Position numbers and translations under genes: made by a program. Of a stretch of 64,000 bases of DNA, positions 26,285 through 38,300 are shown piece by piece (the stretch's first letter is position 1; each line of letters starts with the position of its first letter). Source of the DNA: Tubulanus polymorphus (Eukaryota; Animalia; Nemertea); the NCBI RefSeq assembly GCF_964204645.1, contig NC_134031.1, forward strand, positions 20,033,910-20,097,909, read 5' to 3'. The notes under the pieces are model-generated. The model made no database searches, had not been told where the DNA came from, and worked only from the letters and a program-made list of their open reading frames with translations.

Positions 26285-29200
26285 ATGGGATGTGGACGCA
26301 GTAAAGCTTTGTCCAAAAGTGACTCAGAATCCGACAATGATCTATATACGAAAAATGACAAGAAAACTAATCAAAGTAAGCATGAGTACCTGGTACCTGG
26401 TAAAAAAACCTCATTCACACCAATTTTTCATTTGTTCATTCTAATTTTACTCGGACCTGAAACGAACCAACTGAAAAAACCTATCAAAATGATAACTCCA
26501 ATTTTCTATCGATAACTGAGTTGATATGACAGACAGATAGCGGATTGCACTGAAGTTTGATTTTCAATATTTTTTGTGACGCCGAAAACTTTTCTACTTC
26601 AGCAGCCATGATTTTATAATGCAGGCCCTCTAAGATTTGAACGTACGAAGAACACTGATAATACATCGAATCAATGAATGAATTTAATTTCTCAATAAAT
26701 ATTCAAGTGATGTACATACTCACAGAACGGGAACGTTAAGAGAATATTGAGCGCATAAAGACTTGAGAAATCTAGAGAGCTGTACCACGAGAATAGGGTG
26801 GCCAAACAAACGAGATGATTATAGAAAATAAATACAGGAATACTCGATACATAGGCCCTGCACCGATAATCGATGTGATGAAAATATATGTAAAATATGA
26901 TAAATCAATAATCTAAGAAAGGAAATTATCGATGAAATTTTGAACGGGAAATATTTTGTTTTCAGAAACGAATTCTAAGAGTAAAACGACGATTGACGGC
27001 AGCGTAGGTAACGCGTCTGCCATGTCGTTTAGCGCCGCTGCTGGTGACTCACAAGATACCGTTTCCATGCAAACTATGTTCAGCATGAACAGTTTGAATC
27101 ACCGTGCGATTCATTACAACAACGGAGCCGGAGCTGGAGCTGGAGCTGGAGGAGGGTCGGCGAATGACGTCGGTCAACAACCGCTGGAGCAACAACAACG
27201 AAACTCGTTTTCGAATTTAGATTCGAATGCGGGACGTAAAACCCCATCACCTCAAAATCAGCAGGTAACGTTTAGATGATCGCAGTTCACATTGAAAATG
27301 GACTAGTAATATCTTTAACCCAGGGGTTAACTCAATTGACTATGAATTGGGTTTGCCTTTCGGGTATAAGTTAATACCAGTCACTAAAACTAGTCCCAGG
27401 TTTATCTGGAGCCAAAGCCTTTGCAAAACATTAAGAAATTTTGAAAAAACCTCAAGTTGAGATGATGAATAATCCCACAATGACGATATTTATCTGATTT
27501 TCCTGATAACCTTCTCAAACAATCTCGAAACAGTCTGATGAATAAACTTCGAAATATCATCATTATGGGATTAATCTTTTAATGTTCATCACTGTCAGAA
27601 AACCGTCGAAAACTGTTGATCGAAATAGATATAGTTGAACTGGAGGCGTACTGATCCCCTGGTGTATACGGAGTCCCGTGGTGTATATGGAGTCCCTTGG
27701 AGTCCCGTGGTGTATATGGAGTCCCTTGGAGTCCCGTGGTGTATATGGAGTCCCTTGGAGTCCCGTGGTGTATATGGAGTCCCTTGGAGTCCCGTGGTGT
27801 ATATGGAGTCCCTTGGAGTCCCCTGGTGTATATGGATAACCTATGAAAAAAGAGTTATTTACCAGGAATGATTATTTACCAGGAATGATTAATCAACTGT
27901 AGGATGACAGCTCTTTGCAATCGCCTGGTCTCTATTCCTTCTCTATAACACTAGTAAATTGCCTACATTGATTTACACAATTCCGCCGTCGCCGTCATCA
28001 CTGCCGTCAATGTTGTGCTAGAGTTCATTTATCGCTGACGAGAATTACAAGAGGATTTGTCGAATTGAGCAGAAAACGACTCGTTTTTGACGGCAATTTT
28101 TAAGCTCGTATTCGATGTGAAGTATATGAGATAATAGACACTACTCTACTTACTTTCATATCCGTTTCCATGGTGATTGGCTTCATTTCGAGTGTTACAT
28201 TTTCCGATTTATCTAGCGATGATGATATATTTGATTGGTTCGTTTACAGAAACTTGTTGTATTTAAAAGATTAGGCATTACGAGACAGTTTGGCAGTTCA
28301 TATGAAATCTACGTACATTCATACGGTGTTAAACTATGCAGCTGATTAATCAAAAGTGAAAGGTCCGAGCCATAGCGGGGCTAAATGCGCATACTTAAAT
28401 CCTAATATGGTCTTAATTCTAAACACTGGTCTTACGTTGTAGAACTAAGATGGTCCTTAAACCCTTTCAGTGCGTCTGCATGGCAGTGCGGTGTATAAGA
28501 CTCCGGCGCTTTCGGGAATTAATTAGTCAGCTCTGAACGGGTCAAATCTAAGTACCAACTGGATCCTAGGAGTGATCCTTGTTTTCTTTTGAAAACTATG
28601 ATTTTAATCGTTGAAGAACCTTCGTAATTCGAGAAATCTAAAACCGTTTTCTTATTTTCATTTCAGGATCGAAAGACTGCGAAATCAGCTTTCAGTAACA
28701 AGCTCGACCCCGCAAATGGCCCGGTGCAATTAAATCTGTAGGTATTTCTGTTTTTCGTCGCCTATCTTTAAATCATTCTATGTCCGTTGCTTTTAGCGTG
28801 ACATCAAATGGCCGAAAGTAATATGTGTAATAGCCCGGCAGTAATGGCTCACAGTTATTTATGTAGCATCATCAACTTTGTTTTGTTTATAAACCTCCTG
28901 TAGCGGGAAAGTTTTATATAGCTAAAATAGAAAAATGTCAACGGCTTCTCCGATTTTTTTTCTTGCTGCTGTGTCTGAATTGCTGATTATGAACAATTGT
29001 AATATAAAAGGCTGTTGTAGGAGCCTTTAAGGAACATCCACATTATAAACAGGATACAGTCACTAACCTGGAAATCAGGGAAAAAGTCGGGGACATTTCT
29101 TTTCTTTAAGAAAGTCAGGAGAATTTTATGAAAACGCTAGAAATAAGAGAAAATCAGGGAAATTTGTTGAGATTGCTATATCACAGGTAAAACCAGTTTC

Positions 29201-30384
29201 CATCTTTGCTTTACATATTTGACTGCGTTAAATGATTGGATTCTTATCAGATCGAGTCAGGTAAAACAACATACATATCAGGGAATAGTCAGGGGAAAAG
29301 CAAGTCTAATAAGAGTAGCCCACTGATAAATTTTAAGTTTATCAATATGGGCTACTGGTATGTTTATCAAAGTGTATAAACATGTAGAAATTAATTCAGA
29401 AATAAAACTCCTCTTTCGATCCTGTTGTTAACGCGTTTCTCTTGATTGCAGCAATTTTTGCTTACGGCCGTAACATTTCAATCTACCAATAGTATTCCTT
29501 TACATCAGTTGATTACTACTTCACTTTATACCATAATTCCAGTCGTTGAGAGTTTCTTTTCCCCGTGTAAAACCCGATACCATCGACGCCGCTGCAGCTG
29601 AAAATCTGAGGCGATAATTTTTTTTCTAATGAGATTTCTCTCCTTTTCAAATGACTGGTAATTGTAGCACGGCGACGCACAGTCAGATAGATTTCTTCCG
29701 AATGTTAGATCGTCGTATCGAAGAGGTAAGCGAACGTATTTTAAGCGGATCGTTTCATGATGTCGTCGTCGTTGTTTCGTTACAGAGGGGTAACTATGAG
29801 TCAAATTGAATTCTTCCGTTTACTGGACGAAAAAATCGACCAGGTAAAACAACACGCGTCTGACTCGTAGCTGGTTGTGCCGTGTGTTTAATTAGTGCAT
29901 ACTAAATACATATGAACAAATGATTATATAGTAGGTTAGATAGATACCTCCTCGGTTAAATTTAACCCCGCGATGCATCCTTGAAATAACAAGTTAGCAA
30001 AAGTGCATAACTGTAATTACACATAGAACTGTTTTTAATGAACTAGTGTAACCTATTCAGATTCTCCATGAATATTCTCGTATTCGCGATCTAAATTGAG
30101 AAAACAAAAAACCTAGTTGTAACTTCAAGTCAACATTTAGATCTTTCCATCCCCTATTAGATTTTAGATGATTAAATTTGGTATCATCTGCCCTCGAATG
30201 TCAGGCGGCCTATTTGAATCGTAATTTGATTTTGACCCGAGTTAAACGTCAGTTCCTAACCCCTTAAATGTCTTATTAGAACCATTAAATGGGAAGCATT
30301 AAACTGAATGAGAATCAATCAAATGCACTCATTCGATTTGATGTATCTTGGTCGTGTTACTGATGGAATAGATTAGATTAGATT

Positions 30385-30417
<33 letters not shown>

Positions 30418-31147
30418 AGAGGAGGTCAGTTTCACCGATAGTTCCTCAATGTTGTAGAAATTCACGCACGACTTTACCTTTAGTTCACATATTGTAGCTG
30501 CACTCTCTATTTCAGCTTCACATTTCATGCGACTACCTCATTCCTTGAAAACTTGTCTAAATTCAAGAATTATTTTCGTCACGGACTTTGAATCTCCACT
30601 TTTGCAAATATTTTGTGACAGTCTTTAAAAGATGTCACAAAAGTCAATGTGTTTCTTGTGTGCGACAATGGTTCCTCGCCTCTTCAGCAAGGCTCCCTTA
30701 GATTCAGACTTTATGTTTATAGAATACTGATAATAAGATTTGGGACTGTTCATGAAGTGCCTACATCTTAACAAGGACTCTTAGATGAATGGTCCATGGT
30801 CATTTCACATCGGAATTGCCTATGACTTCCTGCCTTACATATGGAATGTCTTACTTAATTTCCCAAACAAACACCCGTGTCAAGGTCCATTTTATTTCAA
30901 GACGTAACTGCTGATTTTAAATGAAATAATCAGGAATTTTGAAGTCAAATTCTCTTGTAAATCTCTTTGATATTATCTGTTCGAGGTAATAGTATGAACT
31001 CTTGAGTGACGGCGAATGTTATGATGAAATTTAAGTTATTCCACTCAGAGTTCTCACATTTCGAGACCAGAAAATCATCTGAACTTGAACAAATTATCTT
31101 TTTTACAGGGTCCGGATTATTTGTCAGGGGAAGAGGATAACACGTAG
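26285..31147 (+). CDS. C1orf21: C1orf21-like (DUF4612) small myristoylated/palmitoylated protein, ~185 aa
   Basis: Coding exons are 26285-26375, 26966-27264, 28667-28737, 29786-29843 and 31109-31147, all GT-AG and phase-consistent (558 nt). The N-terminus MGCGRSK fits MGxxxS with Cys3. The C-terminus SQIEFFRLLDEKIDQGPDYLSGEEDNT matches the human C1orf21 tail as I recall it (SQQEFFRMLDEKIEKGRDYCSEEEDIT). Likely 5' UTR exons lie at ~22040-22317 and ~25412-25482. Confidence 0.85.
27470..27573. mobile_element. Short inverted-repeat element in an intron
   Basis: TAATCCCACAATGACGATATTT pairs with AAATATCATCATTATGGGATTA. Confidence 0.6.
27656..27835. repeat. 29 bp intronic minisatellite, ~6 copies
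   Basis: Unit GGAGTCCCTTGGAGTCCCGTGGTGTATAT. Confidence 0.93.
29055..29325 (+). mobile_element. Non-autonomous element with repeated GTCAGGGAA motifs
   Basis: Repeated AAATCAGGGAA/AAGTCAGGGA motifs, the same as in the DIS3L2 intronic copies. Confidence 0.55.
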
Positions 31148-31864
31148 CAGTTACCATGGCAATGGAGGATGGTGTGAGTCGGTTTAAAACGAGTGAAAGT
31201 AAAAAAAAGATGATGACGACATCAAAATAAAACTTCGATAACCGCAATCACCGCGAGCGAGTTTTACTTGTCGCTATGGAAACGCTGTTTCTGTGGAAAT
31301 ATGTCAGTTACTATGGAAACATACGATTTCAAGAAGCAACCGAACGGGATTCAGTTCAGAGCGATGTCCTGCCGTTCATTTCATGATATATTTTCTCGAT
31401 TGCGTCGAGTTCAAATATAAGGAAAATACGTTCATTCGTTCGTTCGTTCATTACATAAATTTGCGCCGTAAGGATTAAATAAGTTCGTCACGATGAATGT
31501 GTATTCGCGAATCTCTTTCAGTTTTCGTTTTTGCGTAAAAGTCTCGATGAAATGCCGAGGACGTTGTGAATAGTTACTGTATATTTTGTGATGTACGTTG
31601 AAAGGATACATGTATGAAATTGTTTAGTGCGGCGGTTAATACATACGTTATTTAACACGGAGAACGACGGCGCCACTGTTTCCATGGTAATAGAAATATA
31701 CGATGAATGATCATTAACAGTTGTAAATATTGTTAAATGGAACTAATTTATTTTTTCAAATGTTTGTAGATACATAAATTATCTGTGTATGTGATCTGTT
31801 GTTAGTTCGGCAGTACAGTATCTGATGAGATGAGTTATTTGTGAGCCTGAATTTGAACTGTACT

Positions 31865-32140
31865 CGCGCAGGCGTTTTTAATCTGGGCCCAGTGTTAAAA
31901 CGTGTCAAATGCATACGTTGCCCATTTGACGCGGCCTGGCCAAAAAAGATGGACCAGACGGTTACCTATAATTAGCACGGGTCCAATTACTCATTTGAAT
32001 GCTAACTGGTTCTGGAAGTGACTCGCCTTGCTTGCCGCAGCATCATTTTGATAGTATTTTAGCAACAAGCGAGTCATTTACTTGTAACCGTGCTGATCCG
32101 GACCACTTGGATCCAATCGTCTGCGCGTGATTGCGGTTTA
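31865..32140 (-). mobile_element. Reverse-orientation ATCACACG-TIR MITE copy in the putative 3' UTR
   Basis: GGAAGTGACTCGCCTTGCTTGCCGCAGCATCATTTTG is the reverse complement of the family core. The copy ends CGCGTGATTGCGGTTTA. Confidence 0.65.
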
Positions 32141-33218
32141 TAATGGTTCATCTGTGAAATTCAGCCCCCGGAATGGAAACGCTTTAATGAGAGCGTCTGG
32201 AGACATTCATTATCAGCTATTTACAACGCGATATCTCCCTTATCCATAGTTTGTAGACCTCTTGGGAAACATATTCTTGATGAGACGTCAATCAATACGT
32301 TATTCGCACTGTGCAGTCATTGATACGTCTACTTCGAGATTATGAATCCACTCGATTTTAGCCACTATTTGTAACATCTACATCAATCTTTTTCATAGGT
32401 TGTCAAAAACAAAAACCTTGTCCCCTGTTTGGAAAAGATGTTGAAGTTCAATTGGAAATACTGGGTAGTTTATCTAATGCCCTTTGCATTAATGCAGAAA
32501 CTAGATCTAAGAAGCTGTCTATCGATCACCAAATGAATTAGTATTTTTGTCATTTTGTCACCGCTGAGCGTGGTGGTGGTGATGGTGACAGTATCGATAT
32601 GTATCACTACATAAGAAGCCAGATCTGTAGATGAAACAGGTGCTTTCTGCTCTGACTGAACTGAATGCCATTCAGATCTAATATTGTTTCATAATGCATG
32701 ATATGACAAGCTTTGTTACATCGAATTAAACTAACATTCGCTCAAAAACTCGCAGACTGTTGGAAAGATAGAACTTGCATTCTTTTTCACATTTGTTCTG
32801 TTTTTACATGATCTATTGATTTACGTGAAAGTCTCCCGGTAACTTGGTAGGTAATCGATGACAGCTGAAACTTGGAAAAAATGAAAAAGTTTGTTGTAAA
32901 AGAGAACATGAGAAGTGTCTGATGAATGATTTATAAGTTTCTTTCTACATGTTATTCATAGTAACAGTTCATTGTTATTATGTAAAAACATTTGCTGATA
33001 ATTAAATATCTAAAATAGTATAATTAGTTTAGCTTCCTTTGATTATGATTTTAGTCAGTTTTCTGACATTAATAATTTAGTTTAAGAACAACGGACACAT
33101 TATACAGGTATTCATAAGTTATTTCCAGGCTCTGATCGTTAGCCCTGAGTTTTAGTTTTGTTGAACCATTTGTGTTAATATGTAGTGAATTCCACAATAA
33201 CAATGAAAAAATGGTATG

Positions 33219-33393
33219 AAGTCTGAAATGTTTCTTAGAGCTAGTAGTTTATTCGATGTTTCAACTATATCCTAATACAGGAAGATTAAGTAATCTTCTG
33301 GGGCCGGCTTTATAGACTGGTATTAACTTTTAATCTTAGGATATAGTCGAAAAGTCGAATAAACTACTAGCTTTAGGAAACATTTTCGAACTT
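33219..33393. repeat. Long imperfect inverted repeat (~55 bp arms)
   Basis: AAATGTTTCTTAGAGCTAGTAGTTTATTCGATGTTTCAACTATATCCTAA pairs with TTAGGATATAGTCGAAAAGTCGAATAAACTACTAGCTTTAGGAAACATTT. Confidence 0.85.
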
Positions 33394-35306
33394 TACTTTA
33401 TTTTTTTTGCTATTATTGTAGGATTCTCTACATATGGTCATAACATGAATATAGTGTTCTATCAATGGTAACCATTTTTGTTGTATAATTCTTATCTGTT
33501 CTAATTCGTGGTGTGTATTTTCATGAGATTGTACCAGTACTCGCAGAATCATGAAAAACTTTGATGTTGAATTTGCCACTTCGAAGGCATGAATCTAGCA
33601 TATTCAAAAAGGTAAAGAGGTTAGCCTAAACTATGATCATGAGGTGCACATAGTGGGTTCAGAATGGTATGGTTGTTTGAAATCTTAAAAATGTGTTTGT
33701 TTAGGGGTTGAAAGGCACTGTAGATATCTCCGACAGTTGACATTCGACTGCTTTATATCCCAAAGGGTAACATGAACACTTTGTAGGTAGCTTGTCGCAT
33801 TATATTGCCAAGTGATCTGACTACTAGCCATCAGCATCACTAATCCTGCTGTCATGATTGTAAGATTGCCGACAATTTTAGCATATGCGCTCTGCCATAT
33901 ATGTGTTAGGAATTGTTGGTTGTGGGAAGATTGACCAGACGCTAGCTTCGGATGAAAATGATCTAATGTGACAATTGATGTAAATGTTATTCGGTAGTCA
34001 TTTTGTCAGGTTAATCTAACCACGCTACTTCCATTGGTGCCAAGAAAAACGCATAAATTAGATAAACTCTATAAGGAATGTTTTATCTGCCTAGTCAAAT
34101 TAGTCATTCTAGTCATTTGTCATATATTGAACAAATATTTACACGTTATGATATATGTAACATCAGATTTTTGTGTATGAAATTTTTTGTGTATAAATTA
34201 GCCGCATTTTGTTTATTTTATATTCAGCGAATATGAGTGTATATAAATATATAGAATATGGCCTTCACTTATTTTGCTATATTCAGTCCGCACGTCTTTA
34301 TTCCGAGAAATTTATTCTTTTTAGTTTGTATGCTGTGATAAATAATGCTTATGTTATATATTTGAGCCCCATAGAAAAAAAACTCAGTTTAAAAACGTAG
34401 CATAACTCAACGAACTGCAAATGAAGATGTTATTTGTAGATTCATGTACCGATGTAGTTGTTTTATGATCACAAGATTTTAAACTAAATAATGTATATTG
34501 ATGAAAGATAGAATGAAGATATTAAATCGGTCTTGTCTCAAATCGTGCCATGTTATTTTGTTGTTTGCCAGTTTCGTCGATTTGTTAATTTTAAATTTGC
34601 TTTTATGTCGAGATTTCGTTCTTTTTTTCTAAAAAAACAAGAAGAAATTGTACTAATAAATAATGATGTCTATACAGAAAAGTGCGTATTCGTTGTAGAA
34701 ATGTCTGAGGTTAAACTTTGCGAATAAAGGAGTTACTATGATTCCTCGCTCTATCGCCACACAGTGAGATGAGATTTTTTCAAGATTTCTAAGTGTAAAT
34801 TTCCAATAAGATACTAATTCTTTCTGAAAAAAATGTCAGTAAAAAATCTTTTCTGGTCGAGTAGCTGGAGGTGAGAATTTGATATGTCCGACAGAATTGG
34901 ATGTCCCCCCAACATGAGAAAATTCAGCTGTTAAATTCCCTAATCAAACACCATTCATCAAGTGGTGATGGACCTGAGGAAAAAAGCGCCCCTGCGAAAT
35001 CTTCATGAAAGTTTCAAACGCATTTACTGCACAGAAGTTGAGATGAATCGCCAATCAGTAAAAAAATCTAATGAAGAAAGCGGATACTGTTTCTATCCGT
35101 AAAACCCTGCGTTCTTACTGGTCAAGGTCACCGAGCACCACATCATATCATTAGGGAAAAAAATAGAAAATAACTCTTCGCATCTTTTCTCGGATTTCTA
35201 CAAAAAAAAACTGCAACTAACTGAAATATTGATGAAATATCTAATCGCTGGACTCTGTTAGATCGCTAAACGTGGGCGTAAAAGGAAAATTGTCTAAATT
35301 TCTTGG

Positions 35307-38300
35307 CTAAAAATGATTCCTGTTGTTGGCAATGGTTGCCACGGTTAAAGTGATCAATAAACACAGGCTCGTCTGCTGCTGCTGCTGCATATTACTACTG
35401 TTTTCATAATCTACAAAATAAATAGACACGTATCATATATAGAAAAAGGGTTTTTAGGTAACCTCGGTCAAAAGGGTTTTCAATAACTCGATAATATTTT
35501 TACACTATCTTTTTACGCAAAATTTTCACTCAGTTATTCTGAGGAATTTTTTCATCATGATTGAATTCGAAAACAGGCGTAATTTATTTTAGCACGAAAT
35601 ATTCTGCACCATTTGCATCATTCAAGGATATATACGCATCGTCTGGTAATGCCAGTTACCCTTCAGTTTATACATACTTCTTCATACATGTTTTAACATT
35701 TTCTAGATGTCATGCTCCAGTGGAGCTCGACACTTATACTCTAGTGTGTACATTTCATATCGTGTACCCTTACAGAATTTATAATGAAATTCGTCTTCGT
35801 ATCGGCTGAGATAAAACTGTGTCTGCGCCAGAAACCCGCCGTTATTCGCTCGCTGTACAGAAAACCGGTAAACACCATGATGCGCCGCCTTCAGGTTCAA
35901 CTCGTAAATCGTGTCCGCTGCATCGTTTCGCTACGTGTCGAGAAAAAAAGATAGCAGAGATGCAACAATGATAAAGGCAGGTTTATTGAAAATAAATCCA
36001 TCGCAACCAGAATGAAATGGGAAAATGGTTCCAGATTGTCTACAGAATTAGCATCGTATTAATCCTGACCAGATTCTAATTACGTCTATCGTTAACTTGG
36101 GCTCCTAAAAATACAGGTTTTTACTAAATTCATGATCAATACACATAAATTCCTTAATCTAGTGGGCAAAACAAATTATGTTAGAAGAATTTCCAGATTT
36201 TTTAAAGTTATGGAATCCCTTAGGACACGATTACTAGCTGTATGATACAGTATGCTGTTCCGGATTATCGGAGTGCCAAGTGTTTCTATCCATCTTTATA
36301 AATGTATCAATATCTGTGTTATTTTGTCAAACGATTATCATCAATTAACAATACAGTTTAAGTAAGTATAAATTTGATTCCAAGTAGGCCCAATAACGTT
36401 CATTAGTTACCTTAGTGATCATCGAAACATTATTTGTAATGTCTTCGTTCGCTGAATACGTTTGGCGGATGATTTCGATTTTTACGCGGTCGACACTTCG
36501 TAAAGAACACGTGACAAACACCGGTTCAGTTTGATCACTATGGATACTGATATAGGTCGGTTTGCAGGATAACGTTTGTCTAACCCTATCAGCTTCTACA
36601 AAAATATTCAAAAACATATCTATAAATTTCTCGTTAAATGGAATACACACGTTTGCAACAGTGCCTATGATTACTGAAGTAAAACTGGACGAATCCGGGA
36701 TACTTTGCAGGTGTGTTGATTATGTCTACCGGTACCTGAAAGGGTGTAGATACTAATTCCAGTGGATTTGGATCCGTATTTGCATTCTAAGCTTCGACCG
36801 TCGTCACCAGGGAGCCAAGTGACGTACAAATCCACGATGATCGTCTGGTCGTATATTGCCTCGATGAAACTCGATTGGCTACAGAAAAGATATGAAGGAC
36901 CTAGAAAACCAGAGTTAGTAGCCAACTCAGCAAACAACTAGGCTTAGCATGACTAATGAATACAGCTTCATGTTAACTTATAAATAGAAAAAATATATGG
37001 ATATATATTTAAATTAATATCAAACTAATCGAAAGAACACAAATTCAACATTTCTGTCGGGATTGACCACAAATCGCTGAGAGCGATTTCTATCTCAAGG
37101 AACTAACTTGTTGAATCTGGTTAGATTTGAGTTGTAAGATACTTGACAGTGCCCTCTATTGGCGCAGATGTCGGTGTAACCCAACATGACGCTTAGATTT
37201 TTTCGAGAATTCGCCATCGCGAACTGAGACACTTTACATCTGATTCTCGTGTTTTTGATCAGTACTAGAGTCTCATTTTCTGCCAAGACTCTCCAGAACG
37301 GCTCGCCAACTGTTTTCGACTGTAAGTCAACCCCGACAACAGCGTCTGCAATTAAGGATTTATTTCACATTATATAAGACAGAAATAGATAGTAGAAAAC
37401 AATAAAAAGCCGAGGCTTGTAAGAAACTGGCCCCTTTACCCTAATTTATTTAACTATCTTTTTAATTCACACTTAGTTCTTCGTTCGCTTCGTTTTTAGA
37501 AATGTGAATAGATTCTCGAGTAACAGAAAACATACCGATGTCATTGATAATTACATCAGCGGTGCTGTTTCCAATAGCATAGTTACACATGTACCTGCCA
37601 ACATCCACGTACGATACACCTCCATCATGAAACACATTAAAAAGTTACCGGCTAGGAATTTAAGAAACTTTTAAAACATAAAAAAACAGAAAAATACATT
37701 TCAAGAAATTAGTAAGAATGAATAATTCTCCAATACGACGTGAAACACTTACTGTGAATGTAAAATATTAGAAATCGCCCTTTATATTCGCCGACGTAAA
37801 AGTCGTAGTTTGAAGATCGGTTTCCGGATTCGTATCCTTCGTCTAAATGCGAACCGTTCCATATAGGGTACCATACTCCGTTTATACGCCGTAAAAGCGA
37901 TGCATTAGGATCTGCCGATTTCTACGAAAAATATTTTAAAAAACCCACGTGATCTGACGATCGTTTTACAATATCCACAAATCTACATCGTATAGATATA
38001 GACGTAATTCTTTCCAATTTCTTGAAAAATACTATCAGGGCGGATGTAGGAAAATTCTAAGGCGAGAGACAATTTAAGGGCACCCCTCAAACAAAGCAGC
38101 TACTCCGAAGACCTCAGGTGGGGTTCCGCCGTCTGGGTGGGTTAGATATTTCTAAATTCATCCGAATAGACAAAATTTCCTCTCCTAGAAGATAATTGTG
38201 TCACATCTTAAAATAGAGATCGAACCTGTTATTATCTGATTGGTAGATTTCGTTTGATTTTTAGATTTGGTGTACCTTGCAAACCCACCACACCTGCCGG

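Noticed and set aside
27533-27560. CTGATGA...GAAA hammerhead-like spacing
   Set aside because: No stem II can form between the two cores.
37620-37655. Apparent frameshift in the Ig gene if the acceptor CCTAG at ~37652 is used
   Set aside because: The downstream GAG acceptor (exon start 37619) gives a phase-correct, stop-free Ig strand.
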